Shown here: positions 63,088 through 64,000 of the stretch, one piece after another
Layout of the letters: each line of letters begins with the position of its first letter
Numbering within the stretch: the stretch's first letter is position 1
Source of the DNA: Macrostomum hystrix
Lineage: Eukaryota > Animalia > Platyhelminthes
Direction: 5' to 3'
NCBI GenBank assembly: GCA_950097015.1
Contig: CATNEN010000007.1
Span: forward strand, 8,556,001 to 8,620,000
Length of the DNA: 64,000 nt
The notes under the pieces: model-generated
What the model was told of the DNA's origin: nothing
Databases searched by the model: none
The model's input: the letters and a program-made list of their open reading frames with translations, nothing else
Translations under genes and position numbers: made by a program

Positions 63088-64000
63088 ACCTGTGCACGGC
63101 CGCCCAGCACGGCCGGACTTTCCTGCGGCGCTGATTGAGCTCGTCAACAGCCTGGTGCATCCGTCACTTTCTTCTCTGCTAAAGGGGGTCATTGGTTCTC
63201 AGAATGTATTCGAGCTCAGACTTTTTTGTATTACTAGTGAGAATTCAAATTCTCGTTGAATCGCAATGACGTATATTCGCAATCAGGGAAATCCATACTG
63301 ACGAAATGAGTTTTCGTTTTTTGTTTACTTTCAGGTGTGTTTTGTCCTTCTGAGGTTTTTATCTGAACAGTAGTGCCCCCAAGGGGGTCTTAGTGTGTTA
63401 GTTAATTACTATTAGCTATTTCTACCTAACTTTAATAGACAGCAATACTTTTTTATATTGTTTTATCTGAATTCGTTAAAAAAATTTAATTAAAATTTAA
63501 TTATCGAAAGTCGTACAGTCGAAACGACTGAAAGTCGAAAATCATTTATTGAAAAATGATTTTCAATAAATGAAGCTTGTTAATCAACGCTAAAAAAGAA
63601 AACTGTTACCCTTTGAATGTCGATGTAATAAAGCGAAATAGTACTGATATATTTATTTATAAATTTAATAATTTATAGCGTTTATAACGACTATTCATGC
63701 TGTTGCTAACCAAGCAAATGGTTTTTTTCGAACTCAATCTTAATAGAAAATTTATATATATAATTTATATAATGCATAATCACATTACAATCTAAACTTA
63801 ACGCTATCGCTTATCATTTTCATGTGCCACGTTGCGGATGAAAAGCTGGATATAAAAGAAAAGAAGAAAATAAATATGAAAAAAAGAAATCGACAGACTG
63901 CGAGTGGCAGTCGTACTTATATATATGCTTTTCTTTTTGGATTATATTAACGACGACGACTACGAGTACAGACTTAATGTAGTGACTTCAATCTGGTTTG

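Overview
Eukaryotic (animal) genomic DNA with GT-AG introns, GC-rich exons and AT-rich introns; gene content and style suggest a flatworm such as Macrostomum, which is inference only. Five host genes were reconstructed by hand. (1) V-ATPase subunit G (minus, 2 exons), whose single 5.9-kb intron contains (2) a complete 3-exon pancreatic-lipase-family gene on the same strand. (3) eIF4G (minus, at least 11 exons). (4) An NPF/NPY neuropeptide precursor (minus). (5) A type-B carboxylesterase (plus) whose stop codon is supplied by an inserted BEL/Pao LTR. Most of the rest is nested, mostly decayed transposable elements: two BEL/Pao elements, two solo LTRs, four Crypton-type tyrosine-recombinase (YR) genes (three of them in a head-to-tail cluster at the window start), two DIRS fragments, Tc1 and mariner relics, three LINEs, two tRNA-derived SINEs, a NOF/MULE-like relic carrying a USP-type protease domain, a P/THAP-like relic and several minisatellites. 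All family assignments come from motif recognition by eye; no database searches were run.
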